DNA from: Macrostomum lignano
Lineage: Eukaryota
Assembly: GCA_002269645.1 (NCBI GenBank)
Contig: NIVC01003977.1
Coordinates: 1-64,000 of the forward strand
DNA length: 64,000 nt
Direction: 5' to 3'
Of the stretch, positions 24,415 to 49,705 are shown in pieces. Below the pieces are notes generated by a model. It worked only from the letters and a program-made list of their open reading frames with translations, did not search any database and was not told where the DNA came from. The translations under genes were made by a program, and so were the position numbers. The first letter of the stretch is position 1. Every line of letters begins with the position of its first letter.

Positions 24415-26232
24415 TGTAACGCGCGGTATTTGGCAGTGTGAAAAAATCAACGAAAGCCCCGTGGGGCAGTGATGGCTATATTTATGCGAGTCAACGATGT
24501 ACATAAAGAGAGCGAACGTACATTAAAATTCTTCAGCAAAATATTTGTCAATACGATACCAGTTCAATGACTGCCAATAAGGCAAGGAATAAAACCATTA
24601 CATTTCTCTCCCCCACGAAACAAGAAAAAAACCGGAGGGAATTAAAACAGTAAACACGTCAGCAATATGAATCGTAAAATTGAAACGCAGAACCTTTTAA
24701 AAAGCATGCATTCACGGTCTCTGACAGTCCATCACTCTCAGATCACTAAGTGCTCACACCAAAGAAGTCCGGAGGCCGTCGCTCCCGCTCTGGGTACCGC
24801 CGCTCGGCCTGGCTGGGCTCCGGTGCGAACTGGTGGGTCAGCGGCTGCTGGCGGAGCTGGACAGAGTCGGGCTGGGCTGCGAACCGCCTGCGCAGCCGGT
24901 TCACGTGCACCCAGCGGACCGGCCGGCTGCCGAAGGCGCGGCGGATGCACACCGAGTGGCCGCGCTGCTCAAGCACCGTCCAGCCCGCGGCTCCCAGTAG
25001 GGCGCCAGCTTCGAGCGCCGCGTCTCGATGCTGAGCAGCACCTCGGCGCCTTGCGGGAACTGCGGCAGGTCCGTAGCCTTCTTGTCGTGAGCCGCCTTCT
25101 GCTGCTGCCCGGCGGCTACCAGGTTCTCCTCGACGAACTCGCGGATCCGGGCCAGCCGCCGCTCCAGCTGTGCCGAGTAGGTGCCGATGTCGAACTGCCG
25201 CTCGCTGCTCTGAAACTGCGGCGGGAGCTGCGGGTCGCGGCCGGTCATCACCGTCATCGGCGCCACCTTGGTTGAGCTGTGGACCCTGGAGTTGTAGGAC
25301 AGGACCACCAGCGGCAGCTGCTCCTCCCAGCTGGACTCGGTCTCGGCGAACAGCCTCAGCAGTTGCAGCAGAGACTTGTTGCCGCGCTTCAGTCCATTTC
25401 CCTGCGGATGATACGGTGTGGTGCGCGTCTTTCTGATGCCCAGAGCTCGCAGCGTCTCCTGGAACAGCTCGCTCTCGAAGTTCACGCCCTGGTCCGAGTG
25501 GATGATGGACGGGACTCCGAGCAGGGAGAAGACCTTCACTGCAGCGTCCGCAATGGTCTTGGCGGTCTGATCTGGCATCGGCACGGCGGTCAGGAACTTG
25601 GAGAACTGGTCCTGCATCACCAGTAGGTAGCTGTTGCCTCGGTCTGATGTCGGCACCTTCAGCACATCGATCGCCACCGTCTGCCAGGGCTTGCCGATCG
25701 GCATCTCACCGAGTGGGGCTGCGGGCCGGTGCTGCGCCTTTTTCAGCTGGCAGGTCTGGCACTCCTGGCAGAAACTCACCACGTCGCTCTGCACCCCAGG
25801 CCAGTACGCGGTCTGCTTCAGCGTGTTGGCCATTTTCTCCGGTCCGAAGTGGCCGCCGATGCCCTCGTGAAAGTCAGTGAGGAACTGGCGCCGCAGCGAC
25901 TCCGGAATCACAGGCACCTTCCTCGGTCCCGCAGCGTCGTTGAAGGCGCAACAGAGAAGGCCGTCTTAAATCCGCAACTTCCGCCAGATGCGTTTGCGGT
26001 TGCCGCATCTCTCGGTTGGACACCTGCGGTTGCCGCATCTCTCGGTTGGACACCTGCGGCTGCAGCTCTGTTGCCGAGGCTCCAAGCGTCTCGCAATGGC
26101 CCTCGTGCATCTTCGACAGGCCGACCGCCTCCACGTTGTCGACGCCCTTTGTGTACTTGATGGTGAAGGTGATTTCCAATTCCAATAATATTGGCAATAA
26201 CTGCCAATAAGGCAAGGAATAAAACCATTACA
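24415..26232 (-). mobile_element. Ty3/Gypsy LTR retrotransposon remnant, internally deleted
   Basis: 3' LTR 24415-24602 (TGTAA...TTACA), polypurine tract at 24603-24616, 33-bp 5' LTR stub 26200-26232 identical to 24570-24602, 4-bp TSD TGTA at 24411-24414 and 26233-26236. Confidence 0.9.
24901..26190 (-). pseudogene. Gypsy pol fragment: end of RNase H plus integrase
   Basis: FTIKYTKGVDN at the RNase H end; frameshift; HEGIGGHFG...CQECQTC zinc finger; AIDVL and HSDQG catalytic Asp motifs. The third acidic residue is lost (NGLKRGN instead of NGxxERxN). Confidence 0.9.
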
Positions 26233-29200
26233 TGTATGTACTTTACATGCTTTCATATATTCTTAAAGGATTCTATTGAAGGGAATATGCACTTATAATT
26301 TGCTGATTTAGCTATATATTCAAAAGAGGAACTGCGTATACTCAAAAAAGGTATATGCACATGTACATGTACATGTTATTTAGTAGGAGCTTTTCAGGCG
26401 CTTTTTTATTTAAAACCCTTTAATTCTGCAGATGGAGTTAACACCCGAGCTCAAATCCCCCAAAATTTCCAAAATATGTACGTACATGTATGCAAGTGGA
26501 AGGAATATAATTACAAATTAGACACACTGTAGAAATAATTGTAAATTTATACAAGCATGCAACCTCTTATGATAAAGCTAAGCTCGTATTCTTTTTAAAC
26601 GAATACATTAAGGTCAGTTAATATATGTACACGGGAGACACGGGCACTCGTACATACTACAGTACATCTGCTTTTGCATGTAGAATCCTACATGCTATTT
26701 GCTTTTAAGTTTCCCCCAATAATTTCAGATTTTTAGTCACTAATGTCGCCGTTAAGAGACATCTTTTTAGGTACTTGTGCGAAAGTTTGATTAAATTTCA
26801 ATTTTAGCTTCTGACTTCGGTTTATAACTCCGCAAAAATCGTTGCCATAGAACTATTTAGTTTCATAACGAAACACAAAATTTAGCGTCGTAAATCAAAA
26901 TATTTCTCTTAAAGTAAGAACGAACTTATTAACGAATCTAAACATACCTATTAGGGCTTATTAATGCTTAATTTATATTATACTATCGGTTTTTTAGCCA
27001 GAAATTATTTGGTATACAAGTTGACAATGAACCCATTTTCGTTTGAATTATTAAACTATGGCTGGGTTAATTTCATGTGTAAAAATAGACACACAAGAAG
27101 CATTAGTTTGTCTAGCATTTATTGACACGGTATTACAAGCCCTTTTTTGTTAATCATTCATTTAAGACACTTGCTGCGATTACTGTGAACAATTTTTCAA
27201 GTCGTAGAATACCGGCAGAGAAATTCCTCATCCACGGGAAAAGGGGTAGGTGACTTACTTACTATTTCGTTTAAAATATATATAATACATTGTACAAATT
27301 CACTTGCATTTTTATTAAAATACAGGAATTTATCATCTGTATGCAGAGACCTAATACAGTTTCGCTTGATATAACACGTACCTTACTCCTGACATACTTG
27401 ATGGGTAATCTGTGACCAGGCCCCATTACATTAGCTCTATTTCGATTTAAACATAGTGAGCTGCAGAAAATATTTTTCAAAATTTAAACAATTGCGTTGT
27501 TTACTCGTTTTCCCTAACTTTTTCAACTAGTTTAATTTAATTCACACCCAATCTAAAAATCTTTGCACAAAAACCTGTAATTTAATATCCAGTCCAGATG
27601 GTCCCAGACACATTAGCTTTCATTAAGTTAGTCGATGCTTTTGTAAAATTTTTAGTTATTGGTATAAAAACTATAAGCACGTTTCAATAAAAGCTGCTAG
27701 TTACCCTAAATAACTTAAAACAAAAAATTTAGTACAAAATAATTAGTACTAAAAATAACAATTTTATAATGTTTTCAAGTCAGGTTGAATCAGGCTTCAA
27801 ACAAAAAACAACTTTGCCTTTTGCTAAAGATAATTTTTAGTTGACAGCTATAAATTGTAGCCAATTGTGTCCTCAGACTTACAAAAGATTATAGTCGATA
27901 ATTGGTGCTTTGAGTTCCTATTCAGTTTTAAAAGTCACATCATGTTGTACAATAGGTCCAAACAGAAAAAAATACCATATAATTTTTAACAGGAGCAGAT
28001 TCGGGTGACTGCTCGATCGAATTACTTATGAATATAAAAGCAATAAAAATGCTGAAGAATAAAGAAAGCATTCAATGATATAAACTACTAAATAGATTAT
28101 GAAACTTGCAAATCTGCACATTTCTTTTGGTGGCTGTTTTATGTATCGAAGCATATTTTGCAAACCATAGGAGTTTCACCATAGACAAACTGAGTTAATA
28201 AACATCCGCTTAAAACTACGAGCTACACTAAAGGAAAAAGAGAATTAGCTGAATTTCACCGGAACTTTGACCTAAGAACCTCGTGAATTATTGTAGCCTC
28301 AGAAGAAACGCATCAGGAATGATTCCGGAAGGTTTTGATATTCACAAAACTACTTAAATTGTGAAACGGTAGTGCAGAAGGTGAATTTAGTGCTAATACT
28401 CGTATCGCAGTTTTCTGTGCTGAGGAACTTGCAATTTGGAAATGCCATCGGAGACCGGCAAGCAAGCAAAGTTCCAGATAAATTTCAGCTGTCCCTGTCT
28501 CTGTAGTTCATTTCTCCAAGCCTGGATTCTTCTCTACCGGATTTGTCTATGGTAAAACCCCATTCAGCGCTTTGCGTAATCCGTTAAAAAAAACAGCTGT
28601 ATATTCTGTTCATGAGTGCAGGGTTCCGCCCGTAGCACTGTTCGGTTCGGTTTATCCAATGGGGCGCTCGCAGCGATGCCATTGGCCAGTGCAGCAGCAG
28701 TTGCCGTTCATAAATAGTTGCCCATCTCACAGTGGCCTCCCCAAGTCTCCCTGCCCCAACTCAAGCTGCGTGCACTTCTCGAACTCAACTCGCTTGTCTG
28801 TCATCATCTTGGCCGAAGAAGCAGCTGAGAGTCAGTCTCCAAGCACTCTTGAGCACTCTTAGCTTTGAGAGTAGCCGGATCCGACTTTTGCCAGCATCCG
28901 TTCTACAGCTCCATCCGAGAAACCTTGTCGTTTCTTTCTCGAACTTTGGTATAGTTCGGGAGACTTGCAGCCCAGAATCCAGGCACCCCGGGGCGCTCAG
29001 TTTGACTCGAATCGGGAAGCCCAGATGTGGTTGTCAAGCCAGTACAACTCGCAGCCAAATCAAGATGCTCAACGAAGGAAGCCGAGGTAATAAATAATAA
29101 AAAACTTGTGGAAGCTGGTTTTCCTACTGGATACGCAGGATCGGCTGAGTCTTAGCAACTTTGATAACTCAATAAATTTAAGCTGCTGAGGCAACGCCAT

Positions 29201-29842
29201 CCTTATCGATTTGAGCTCCCTTGTCGGCTAAGATATCGCGACCGATTTTCCAGCAATTTGTACTTTCTGATCGCCTGGAATCAGCTGACTAACCAATTCA
29301 CACCTTCCTTCCTTCATCTCGTCCTGCCAACCCCCCCCCCATGGAAGCTGCCACCCCGCCATTCCCAAGCACGCTCGACTGCCTCCTCTGCTGCTGCTGC
29401 CGCAGCCGCCGCAGGCTGGCCGGACAGCCGCAGCGGCCTCCGCTGGCCCACCGGGCGACTGCGGCTGCAGCAGCTGCGGCTCCGCTGCCGTGCCAGCGTC
29501 TGGGCCAGCACCGGTGCCAATACCTGTGCCAAAACCTGCGCCAGCAACTATGCCGTCAGTCAGTTTGAATTGGCGCCAGCAGCGGACCAGGTATCGAACC
29601 GTTTGGTTCCAAATTCCAATGGCCGCAGAGATCGGCTCTCCATAGAGCAGACCTGCCATAGTTACAAGTCAATTATTAGCTTATCTAAAAATTAGCGTTG
29701 TAATTGCCCGGCTGTCAAGGACTGCTATTGAGTACAGAATTTGACTGGAAACTGTCACAATAAAATCTGGAGAGATGTTTTCTATAAACTAACCTCTCTA
29801 AGCTGATGGCACTTACATTATTTTGCATCCTTGTTCCGAAGA

Positions 29843-30335
29843 GGGAGACTGACAATTGGACTGCTGCAGTTTGACTGCCGAAGATTTAGGTTTAGGTTTA
29901 GGTTTAGGTTTAGGTTAGGGTTTAGATTCAGGTTTAGGTTAGGGTTTAGGTTTATGGTTTAGGTTTAGGTTAGGGTATAGGTTTAGGTTTAGGTTAGGGT
30001 ATAGGTTTAGGTTTAGGTTAGGGTTTAGGTTTAGGTTAGGGTTTAGGTTTAGGTTAGGGTTTAGGTTTAGGTTAGGGTTTAGGTTTAGGTTAGGGTATAG
30101 GTTTAGGTTTGAGTTTAGTTTTAGGTTAGGGTTTAGGTTTAGGTTTAGGTTAGGGTTTAGGTTTAGGTTAGGGTTTAGGTTTAGGTTAGGGTATAGGTTT
30201 AGGTTTGAGTTTAGTTTTAGGTTAGGGTTTAGGTTTAGGTTTAGGTTAGGGTTTAGGTTTAGGTTTGAGTTTAGGTTTGGGTTTAGGTTTGGGTTTAGGT
30301 TTAGGTTAGGTCGGCAGTCAATTATGGGTAGATCC
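29843..30335. mobile_element. MITE-like element carrying a telomere-like array, candidate 9-bp TSD
   Basis: Inverted repeat TTGACTGCCGA (29871-29881) / TCGGCAGTCAA (30311-30321) hugging the array; GG...CC ends; flanks TTCCGAAGA (29834-29842) and TTCTGAAGA (30336-30344). Confidence 0.65.
29883..30310 (+). repeat. Interstitial telomere-like TTAGGG/TTTAGG/TTAGG array
   Basis: Direct reading; mixed 5-6 bp units. Confidence 0.95.
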
Positions 30336-31882
30336 TTCTGAAGATGGTAAATTAGTACATGATTAAAAAATCGGCCTCAAAAAGATTTCCCGGAAATTCC
30401 AAGTTGCTGAGTCTTTTCCTTCTACTGTGACTATAAAAAGAAGTCCTGGACAGCTCCGTGTGATAACTTAATTGTCGTGCATTGTGTGAATATTTGTGCA
30501 ATTTGTGCACCCACAGAGAGGGCGGCTGAAACAGTTATAAAAATCCGTATAATAGCTGGTCTCTGTATATACCGAATATGTGGCTCATTGATAATGGAGA
30601 TCAATGACACAATGATGCCCATCAGTTTATTAAGATATCTGCAAGTATATTAAATGCTTTCAATTCAAGCTTCAATCAATGTACATCAGAATACTTTCAA
30701 GTACATTGGGATGCCCTCAATGTACATTGAATGCCTTAAAGCACTGGAACTATAATACACTCATACCCCTGCACTGCAGTTGGCTATTTATTGGAGTTAT
30801 GGATTATATAAATAACTCGCATACACAGGCAAATATTTTCTGTTTCGCTTCAATCCCGCTTTATTTTTTGTGCATAAAAAGCCAGTTTTTTCATTTATAG
30901 CAATGCATGAAATCCCTATTTATGCACCGTTGCCGCGGTGAAGTCAGCCAGCCCGCATGCGGCTTATTTTTGTTGAAGAATCTTTCAAAAGCAAAAAGCA
31001 GAAGCAGAAAGCAAAAAGCTTTCCTACAGAGCCAAATGCGAGTATTAAGTCCCAAGGTATTATCCCATGCCATTAATCCCGCATTTCAGAGCTCACTAAC
31101 AAGTTGAACAATTCCAAAGCTCATCCGACGCAGTACAGGTGAAGTCGTAAATTCGAATCTAACTTGCCCCCCCCCTCCATGTGGACTTCCTACTTACTAA
31201 CTATTCGAACTAGCTTCTTCTTCTATCGAGTTAAAAATATTTCTATTTATAGCTTTCATCTCGGGGAAACACTGTGTGCCCCATCTTGTTCGGCCTTCAA
31301 TCTGTATAGAAGTGTGCAGACCTGACTGTAAGCCTAATTTAAACATGTATTCGACTACCCTTTGAAGTGACTTCTTAAGAGTCCTTTTGATCTCTCTCTG
31401 TCGTAGCTGTGTAGACTTTTTTGTGGTTTAGAACTGGCTAAGGAGGTCTTGAGTTATGCTATGGCGTGAGGATCTTGCCGAGTTCCTCTTTCCCTTGGCT
31501 CTACGCTCGTATAAATGCTTGGTTATTACTAACTACTATTGTTAGGTATTGACACAATGACCGCTAAACGGAAATGCATTGGATAGGATTTTTAACTTCT
31601 GCATACCAAAGATATAATATACGAGCTAATAACGATAATTGGGTTGGGATCTTGTATTATCCTGTCAATATTTTCTTAGGCTTAATAAAATTTGCAGCTA
31701 TGGACTTTTGAAATTCAAGATTTCCCTAAATATTCAACTGTTTTGCACTATAAGTTTTCGCCACTTAGCGCGCCTGCTATCTTCGCCTAAATTGATGTTG
31801 TTCCACCAGCGCTTGTAGCCTGCTCTCTGTCAGTGCTTTATTTGAAAGCAAAAACTGCAGTAAAATTAAAATTAAAATGTAA

Positions 31883-42701
<10,819 letters not shown>

Positions 42702-43777
42702 TTTAGAACAGAGCTTAGCCAGCAGCTGTTTGCATGCAGATACTCAACTCAACTTTCACCTTTTTATGTCGTTCTCTAACTTTCCTTCTTTAGTAGATTC
42801 ACAATGGTGTTTGAACCAGTGTGTGTTTGCGTGTTTTGATTAACTTGAGTCCAGCACAATTACCTACATAATAATGGACTCGCATCTGGCACTTTTTGAA
42901 CGATATAAGATTTATCATGCATTTTCTCCTTTCATCAGATCTGACTTTGCACTGCTCGTCGGAGTTTGTTTCTTTTACTGCTTCTCTTCTGCTTTCAACC
43001 GATCGACCAAGGCTGAGCGCAGACCTGCCTGTCCAGAGATCGATGCCCGGGGTCTGCGCTTATTCACTCTGTTGTAAACTTTTAACTGCGATTAGTGCAG
43101 AAATTATAAGCATTGCCGATTGCTTGGGATGGATACTAAGGTGTACTGACTGCCTGCCAGACTGTCAGACACCACAGGCGGGCAGACTTTCCCTATTTTC
43201 CTGACTTTCCCTAACACAAGAAGATACTTTTCAATTGACAATCCTATGCAATTTCTCTTCAACAGAATTTCAGACGCACCTGCTTGCGTTTGAATCAGAA
43301 AGCTGTTTAGTCGCTAAAAACATTCCTTCTGTTTTCTGGATTTTTAGTGAAAACAAAAAGTTTTTCTGTTTTACTCTCTGTTCGCACTACTGATATTAGT
43401 AGAGTTGTAAGTAACATTTTACTGCCGCATGGATTTGCTGTGAGATTTAATTCGATTGTTTTTCTCAAAACAAAGCACCTTCACCTGTCACCAGCAGCTT
43501 AGTGCACCAGGAAAGCATGTCAGTTTGTCAATTCTTCTCTTGTCAGGAATTAATTTGTTAATTACAAATTTGTTGTTGTTTGCGTACATAATATACAAGC
43601 TATTGGTGCGGGTTGCCAACTGAATATGAATATACTTATTATTAATAGCACTGTAATCAACTATTGTAACTCCTACATATTTTTAATTTTGTCTTAACTG
43701 TATTTTTCAATTCGAAGCTCTTCAGTCTGCTTCAAATAAATTTTCATAAATTTTCACTTACCGCAAAATACACATCA

Positions 43778-45230
43778 TAAGAGTTGCCATTACCTGAAGC
43801 TACGGGTCCCAAGAGTTGCCATTGCCTGAAGCTACGGGTCCCAAGAGTTGCCATTGCCTGAATCTACGGGTCACAAGATTTGCCATTACCTGAAGCTACG
43901 GGTCCCAAGAGTTGCCATTACCTGAAGCTACGGGTCCCAAGAGTTGCCATTGCCTGAAGCTACGGGTCCCAAGAGTTGCCATTGCCTGAAGCTACGGGTC
44001 CCAAGAGTTGCCATTGCCTGAATCTACGGGTCCCAAGAGTTGCCATTACCTGAAGCTACTGGCCCCAAGAGTTGCCATTACCTGAAGCTACGGATCCCAA
44101 GAGTTGCCATTACCTGAAGCTACGGGTCCCAAGAGTTGCCATTACCTGAAGCTACGGATCCCAAGAGTTGCCATTACCTGAAGCTACGGGTCCCAAGAGT
44201 TGCCATTACCTGAAGCTACGGATCCCAAGAGTTGCCATTACCTGAAGCTACGGGTCCCAAGAGTTGCCATTACCTGAAGCTACGGATCCCAAGAGTTGCC
44301 ATTACCTGAAGCTACGGGTCCCAAGAGTTGCCATTGCCTGAAGCTACGGGTCCCAAGAGTTGCCATTACCTGAAGCTACGGGTCCCAAGAGTTGCCATTA
44401 CCTGAAGCTACGGGTCCCAAGAGTTGCCATTACCTAAAGCTACGGGTCCCAAGAGTTGCCATTACCTGAAGCTACGGGTCCCAAGAGTTGCCATTACCTG
44501 AAGCTACGGATCCCAAGAGTTGCCATTGCCTGAAGCTACGGGTCCCAAGAGTTGCCATTGCCTGAAGCTACGGGTCCCAAGAGTTGCCATTGCCTGAATC
44601 TACGGGTCCCAAGAGTTGCCATTACCTGAAGCTACTGGCCCCAAGAGTTGCCATTACCTGAAGCTACGGGTCCCAAGAGTTGCCATTACCTGAAGCTACG
44701 GATCCCAAGAGTTGCCATTACCTGAAGCTACGGGTCCCAAGAGTTGCCATTACCTGAAGCTACGGGTCCCAAGAGTTGCCATTACCTGAAGCTACTGGCC
44801 CCAAGAGTTGCCATTACCTGAAGCTACGGGTCCCAAGAGTTGCCATTACCTGAAGCTACGGATCCCAAGAGTTGCCATTACCTGAAGCTACGGGTCCCAA
44901 GAGTTGCCATTACCTGAAGCTACGGGTCCCAAGAGTTGCCATTACCTGAAGCTACGGGTCCCAAGAGTTGCCATTACCTGAAGCTACGGATCCCAAGAGT
45001 TGCCATTACCTGAAGCTACGGGTCCCAAGAGTTGCCATTACCTGAAGCTACGGGTCCCAAGAGTTGCCATTACCTGAAGCTACGGATCCCAAGAGTTGCC
45101 ATTACCTGAAGCTACGGGTCCCAAGAGTTGCCATTACCTGAGGCTACGGGTCCCAAGAGTTGCCATTACCTGAGGCTACGGATCCCAAGAGTTGCCATTG
45201 CCTGAAGCTACGGATCCCAAGAGTTGCCAC
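43778..45230. repeat. 32-bp satellite
   Basis: CCAAGAGTTGCCATTACCTGAAGCTACGGGTC, about 45 highly similar copies. Confidence 0.97.
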
Positions 45231-46060
45231 TTTTCACATCTTTCCGCAGAAGCAGCAGATAGTGACACAAGTGTTGATAGAAGTCATATCTTATACAAAA
45301 TCTAAAGCACTTTGCCACACAACTCCATACAGACTTCTTAAAGCAGAAAGAAACCACACAGGAACGGCTGCAAGTGCTCAGTCGCTCAATGACAGACAGA
45401 ACGTGATCAAGCTCGCGTGCCAGTCTCTCCAGCAGTCAGCCCATTGTCCATGAAGGGGCAAAGCGAACGCCTCTTTCTCCCCAGTGCATTGGGAGCCGTG
45501 CTGAGGTGCCCGACAAGAGAGCAGAGGAGAGGGCGCGAAGGCCGGGAGAGTCTAGCAGTGGATGAGGAGAATCTCAATCTTGCCGCCGCCTCCTAATTGG
45601 GGCGAGCCAGTCTTCATTAGCGCCGTGCCTTCGTCTCTCTTCGACACCCCCCGTTCCACTCGGGCTCCTTCACCTTCTCCGACTCACTCTGCCGCTTCTG
45701 CTGCCCGGTCTTCGCTTCGAGCTTCGGGCGGCGGGCGGGCGGCGAGGCTCGAGTGGCTCGGGCTTCACGTCCGGATTCGAGCGAGTTGCTGAGAAGGGCA
45801 GTTTACGAGCTAGAATAGAAAAAAGTTTCTGTTCAACCTTTGACTAAATAAGTGCCTGTTCGGTAGAGCGGATGGGGGAAGCCGGGAGGATCATACGGGG
45901 GGATTTATTTCTGCGAGAAATTATTGGGAAGCGGATGAGGGTGCGAGACTTCGTTCACGTTTGGAATTTTGGGACTTTCGTCCCCGAAGCCGCGGATTGA
46001 GGGGAACTGCCAGAAAAATGTTAAGATAGAATGATTGACGAATATGAGGAGAGCCGGGGT

Positions 46061-46860
<800 letters not shown>

Positions 46861-47069
46861 GTCAGACAGACAGTTGGATGGGATCTACTTTGAAGTTGCA
46901 GTACTCACAATATGAAAAAAGCATTCTGTGAGTCATGAAGAGTACTGGCAGTTTGATCAATCCATCCTCTCTCACCCATTCGCCACTAGGAAGCAGTCGA
47001 GCCAATGACAATCCCTCTGCAGTCCTCTCTTCTCCATAAGCCGGAGTCCTCGAGGCCATTCTTTTGAAA

Positions 47070-47315
47070 ATGTTAAGAGCAGACGCGAACGGAGACGCAA
47101 CTTCAAACCGTTGTCAAGGCAACGCGATGGATTTGCAGGAGATGGATTTTGAAGCGCCGCTGGCGGAGCCAGAGATGTCGCCAACGCGTTGCCAGCAGCA
47201 GCAGCAGCAGCCCACTGATGAAGTTTTAATTTACCAAGCCAAGTTTCGCATAGAGGACGCGCTGAGCGATCTCAATCGGACCAGCTCGCTCAAGATGGAG
47301 GCGGCCGGTCATAAG
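47070..47315 (+). CDS. Candidate first coding exon, possibly of the SLC9B gene
   Basis: 82-codon open stretch from ATG to a phase-0 donor AAG|gtttgt; compatible with the phase-0 acceptor cccgcccgcag|AGC at 50553. No domain recognised. Confidence 0.45.
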
Positions 47316-47670
47316 GTTTGTTCACAAGGTCGTCATTTCTATTGGTATGGGCTATGGACTATAATATGATGCAGCCAGCTCAGACTCTGTCTCTAGGCGG
47401 ACAGGCTGATGAAACTCGAAGTCGCTTTGTCCTCCCCCGTCCTTTCTTTCTTGAGCTCACGTCTTCTTTCATCAATTTGAGCTGGAAGAGTGCCTCCTGT
47501 CTCAGTGGCTGTTTACGCCTAATGAGCTGCTCACAGCTGAGCCCCACTGCTCAGGGATGGCGGCAAAGTAGATTCCATCTTCTCTGAGTTGTTTGTCTCA
47601 CTATAGATGAATTGAGTTTGTAATGACTGAATTGGTAATTGGGTTTGTTGGCTGTGAGATCTAGACTCAA

Positions 47671-47900
47671 GGTGATGAGAGTCAGTGGGTGATGAGAGTC
47701 AGTGGGTGATGAGAGTCAGTGGGTGATGAGAGTCAGTGGGTGATGAGAGTCAGTGGGTGATGAGAGTCAGTGGGTGATGAGAGTCAGTGGGTGATGAGAG
47801 TCAGTGGTGATGAGAGTCAGTGGGTGATGAGAGTCAGTGGGTGATGAGAGTCAGTGGGTGATGAGAGTCAGTGGGTGATGAGAGTCAGTGGGTGATGAGA
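47671..47900. repeat. 17-bp minisatellite (GTGATGAGAGTCAGTGG)
   Basis: About 13 copies. Confidence 0.94.
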
Positions 47901-49069
47901 TTATGGCAGGTCGCAGCTCCCACCCTGCATTTCTACCCCAGCTCGGGGCTTCCAGCCAATCAAAGCAGGGTAAACTGAAGCTGAATTTCCCACTCGCTCA
48001 CAGTCACTTCCTCGAGAATTAACCCACTAAAGGCGACCAACTCTGCCAAAGTTTTTATTCTCACCGAGTTCGCTTCATTGATTTCAAAGACTGGTCAACC
48101 CGATCAAGAGCGGGTCCGGCCTGCCTGCTTTGGCATCGCATTTCGTATTCTCACCGCGAGCTTGGCATCTGGGTGCTCGTTTGCTGTCCGAGATGTCCCT
48201 CTCAGATGAAGAGCAGCACCCATCGATCCATCTGTTGGTCAGGTTTCGCGGGCTGATTGTTGTTGGGGTAATTCAAACAGCATCTTCCCTGCCATCTCTG
48301 GCTCCACGTGATCTGCCAAGGAGACCGTGAAGCAGTATCGAGCAACCTTTCCAACAATGGGTCATAAATTCAGTTTGATGCAGATTATGACATCGAAAAG
48401 AATTGCGATGCAGAAAAGGTTTCCATTTGTCAGTAGACTTTCATCGGCAATGATCTCATTTTGATTGAAGCAATTATTATAGATCTGTCTTGTAGTCTCT
48501 GGTGAGGGGCAGTCCTGGCTAGCGAAACGGACACTTCCCTGATTTTTATGTGCGCCTTAGTGAGCTATCAGCCGTTAGCCCTTTAGAGAGAAGAGTTGGC
48601 GTGCCAGACCCTGGTTCAAGGTCTCCTTGGACCTACCCATAGGGTTAGACTTGAACTGGTAGACACAGACAGCAGGTCACGGTGAGTGGGCGGCGCGCTC
48701 TATCCCAAGCCCAAGGCGGCTCACAGCCACAGACGCCGAGTAATTCGATCTGATGGCGCTGAAAATTCTCCCCATCTCTCCGGGCATTTCGAATGCAGGA
48801 TTAGAGTGGCCCGCGATGCTGCTGTACTCGGTGCATGCAGGCGCTCTTCCAGTCCAATTATTGTTCCGATGGCGACGCTATTATATTCCGGGGCAGTTTT
48901 CTCACCTATTAAGATTGAGGGTCACGGCTCCCCCAGGGACACAGGACATGCGGGTCCACTGGGATCGGTTCACAAACTATTGAAATTTTGCAGTATAGCT
49001 CGTAGAAGCCCATAGTTCACAAACTTGACTACAGAAACTGGAAACTTGGTAATTCACGCTCTCACTCCC

Positions 49070-49705
49070 TCTCTGCCTCTCTCCCTATCCCACTAACTCT
49101 CACTTCTCCCTCTTCCTCTCCCTCTACCACTCCTCACTTTCCCTCTCCTTCTCTTCCTCTCTCTCACTCCCTCTCTGACTCTTACTCCCTCTCATTCTTA
49201 TTTTCCCTCTCCCTCTCGTTCTCCCTCTCACTCTCCCGCTACCTTTCACTCCTCCCTCTCTCTCACCCTCACTTCCCCCTTCACTCTCCCTCTCCCTCTT
49301 CATCTCCCTCCATCTCTCCCTCTCACTCTCCTTTTCACTCTCCTCACTCTCCCTCTCCCTCTCCCTCTACCTCTCCCTCTCACTCTCCTTCTCACTCTCC
49401 TTCTCACTCTCTTCACTCTCCCTCTCCCTCTCCCTCTACCTCTCCCTCTCCCTCTCACTCTCCTTCTCACTCTCCCTCTCCCTCTTCATCTCCCTCTACC
49501 TCTCCCTCTCCCTCTCACTCTCCTCACTCTCCCTCTCCCTCTACCTCTCTCTTTCACTCTCCTTCTCCCTCTCCCTCTTCCTCTTCATCTCCCTCTACCT
49601 CTCCCTTTCACTCTCCTTCTCACTCTCCCTCTCCCTCTTCATTTCCCTCAACCTCTCACTCTCAATCTCCTCACTCTCCCTCTACTCTCCCTCTCACTCT
49701 CATTC
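49070..49705. repeat. CT-rich polypyrimidine low-complexity tract
   Basis: Direct reading. Confidence 0.93.

Noticed and set aside
28570-29700. GC-rich stretch with several overlapping 75-145 aa ORFs on both strands
   Set aside because: No recognisable domain or consistent splice sites; it may be an exon or UTR but cannot be supported.
45470-45790. GC/CpG-rich segment as a promoter or 5' UTR exon of SLC9B
   Set aside because: Plausible from position only; no diagnostic motif.
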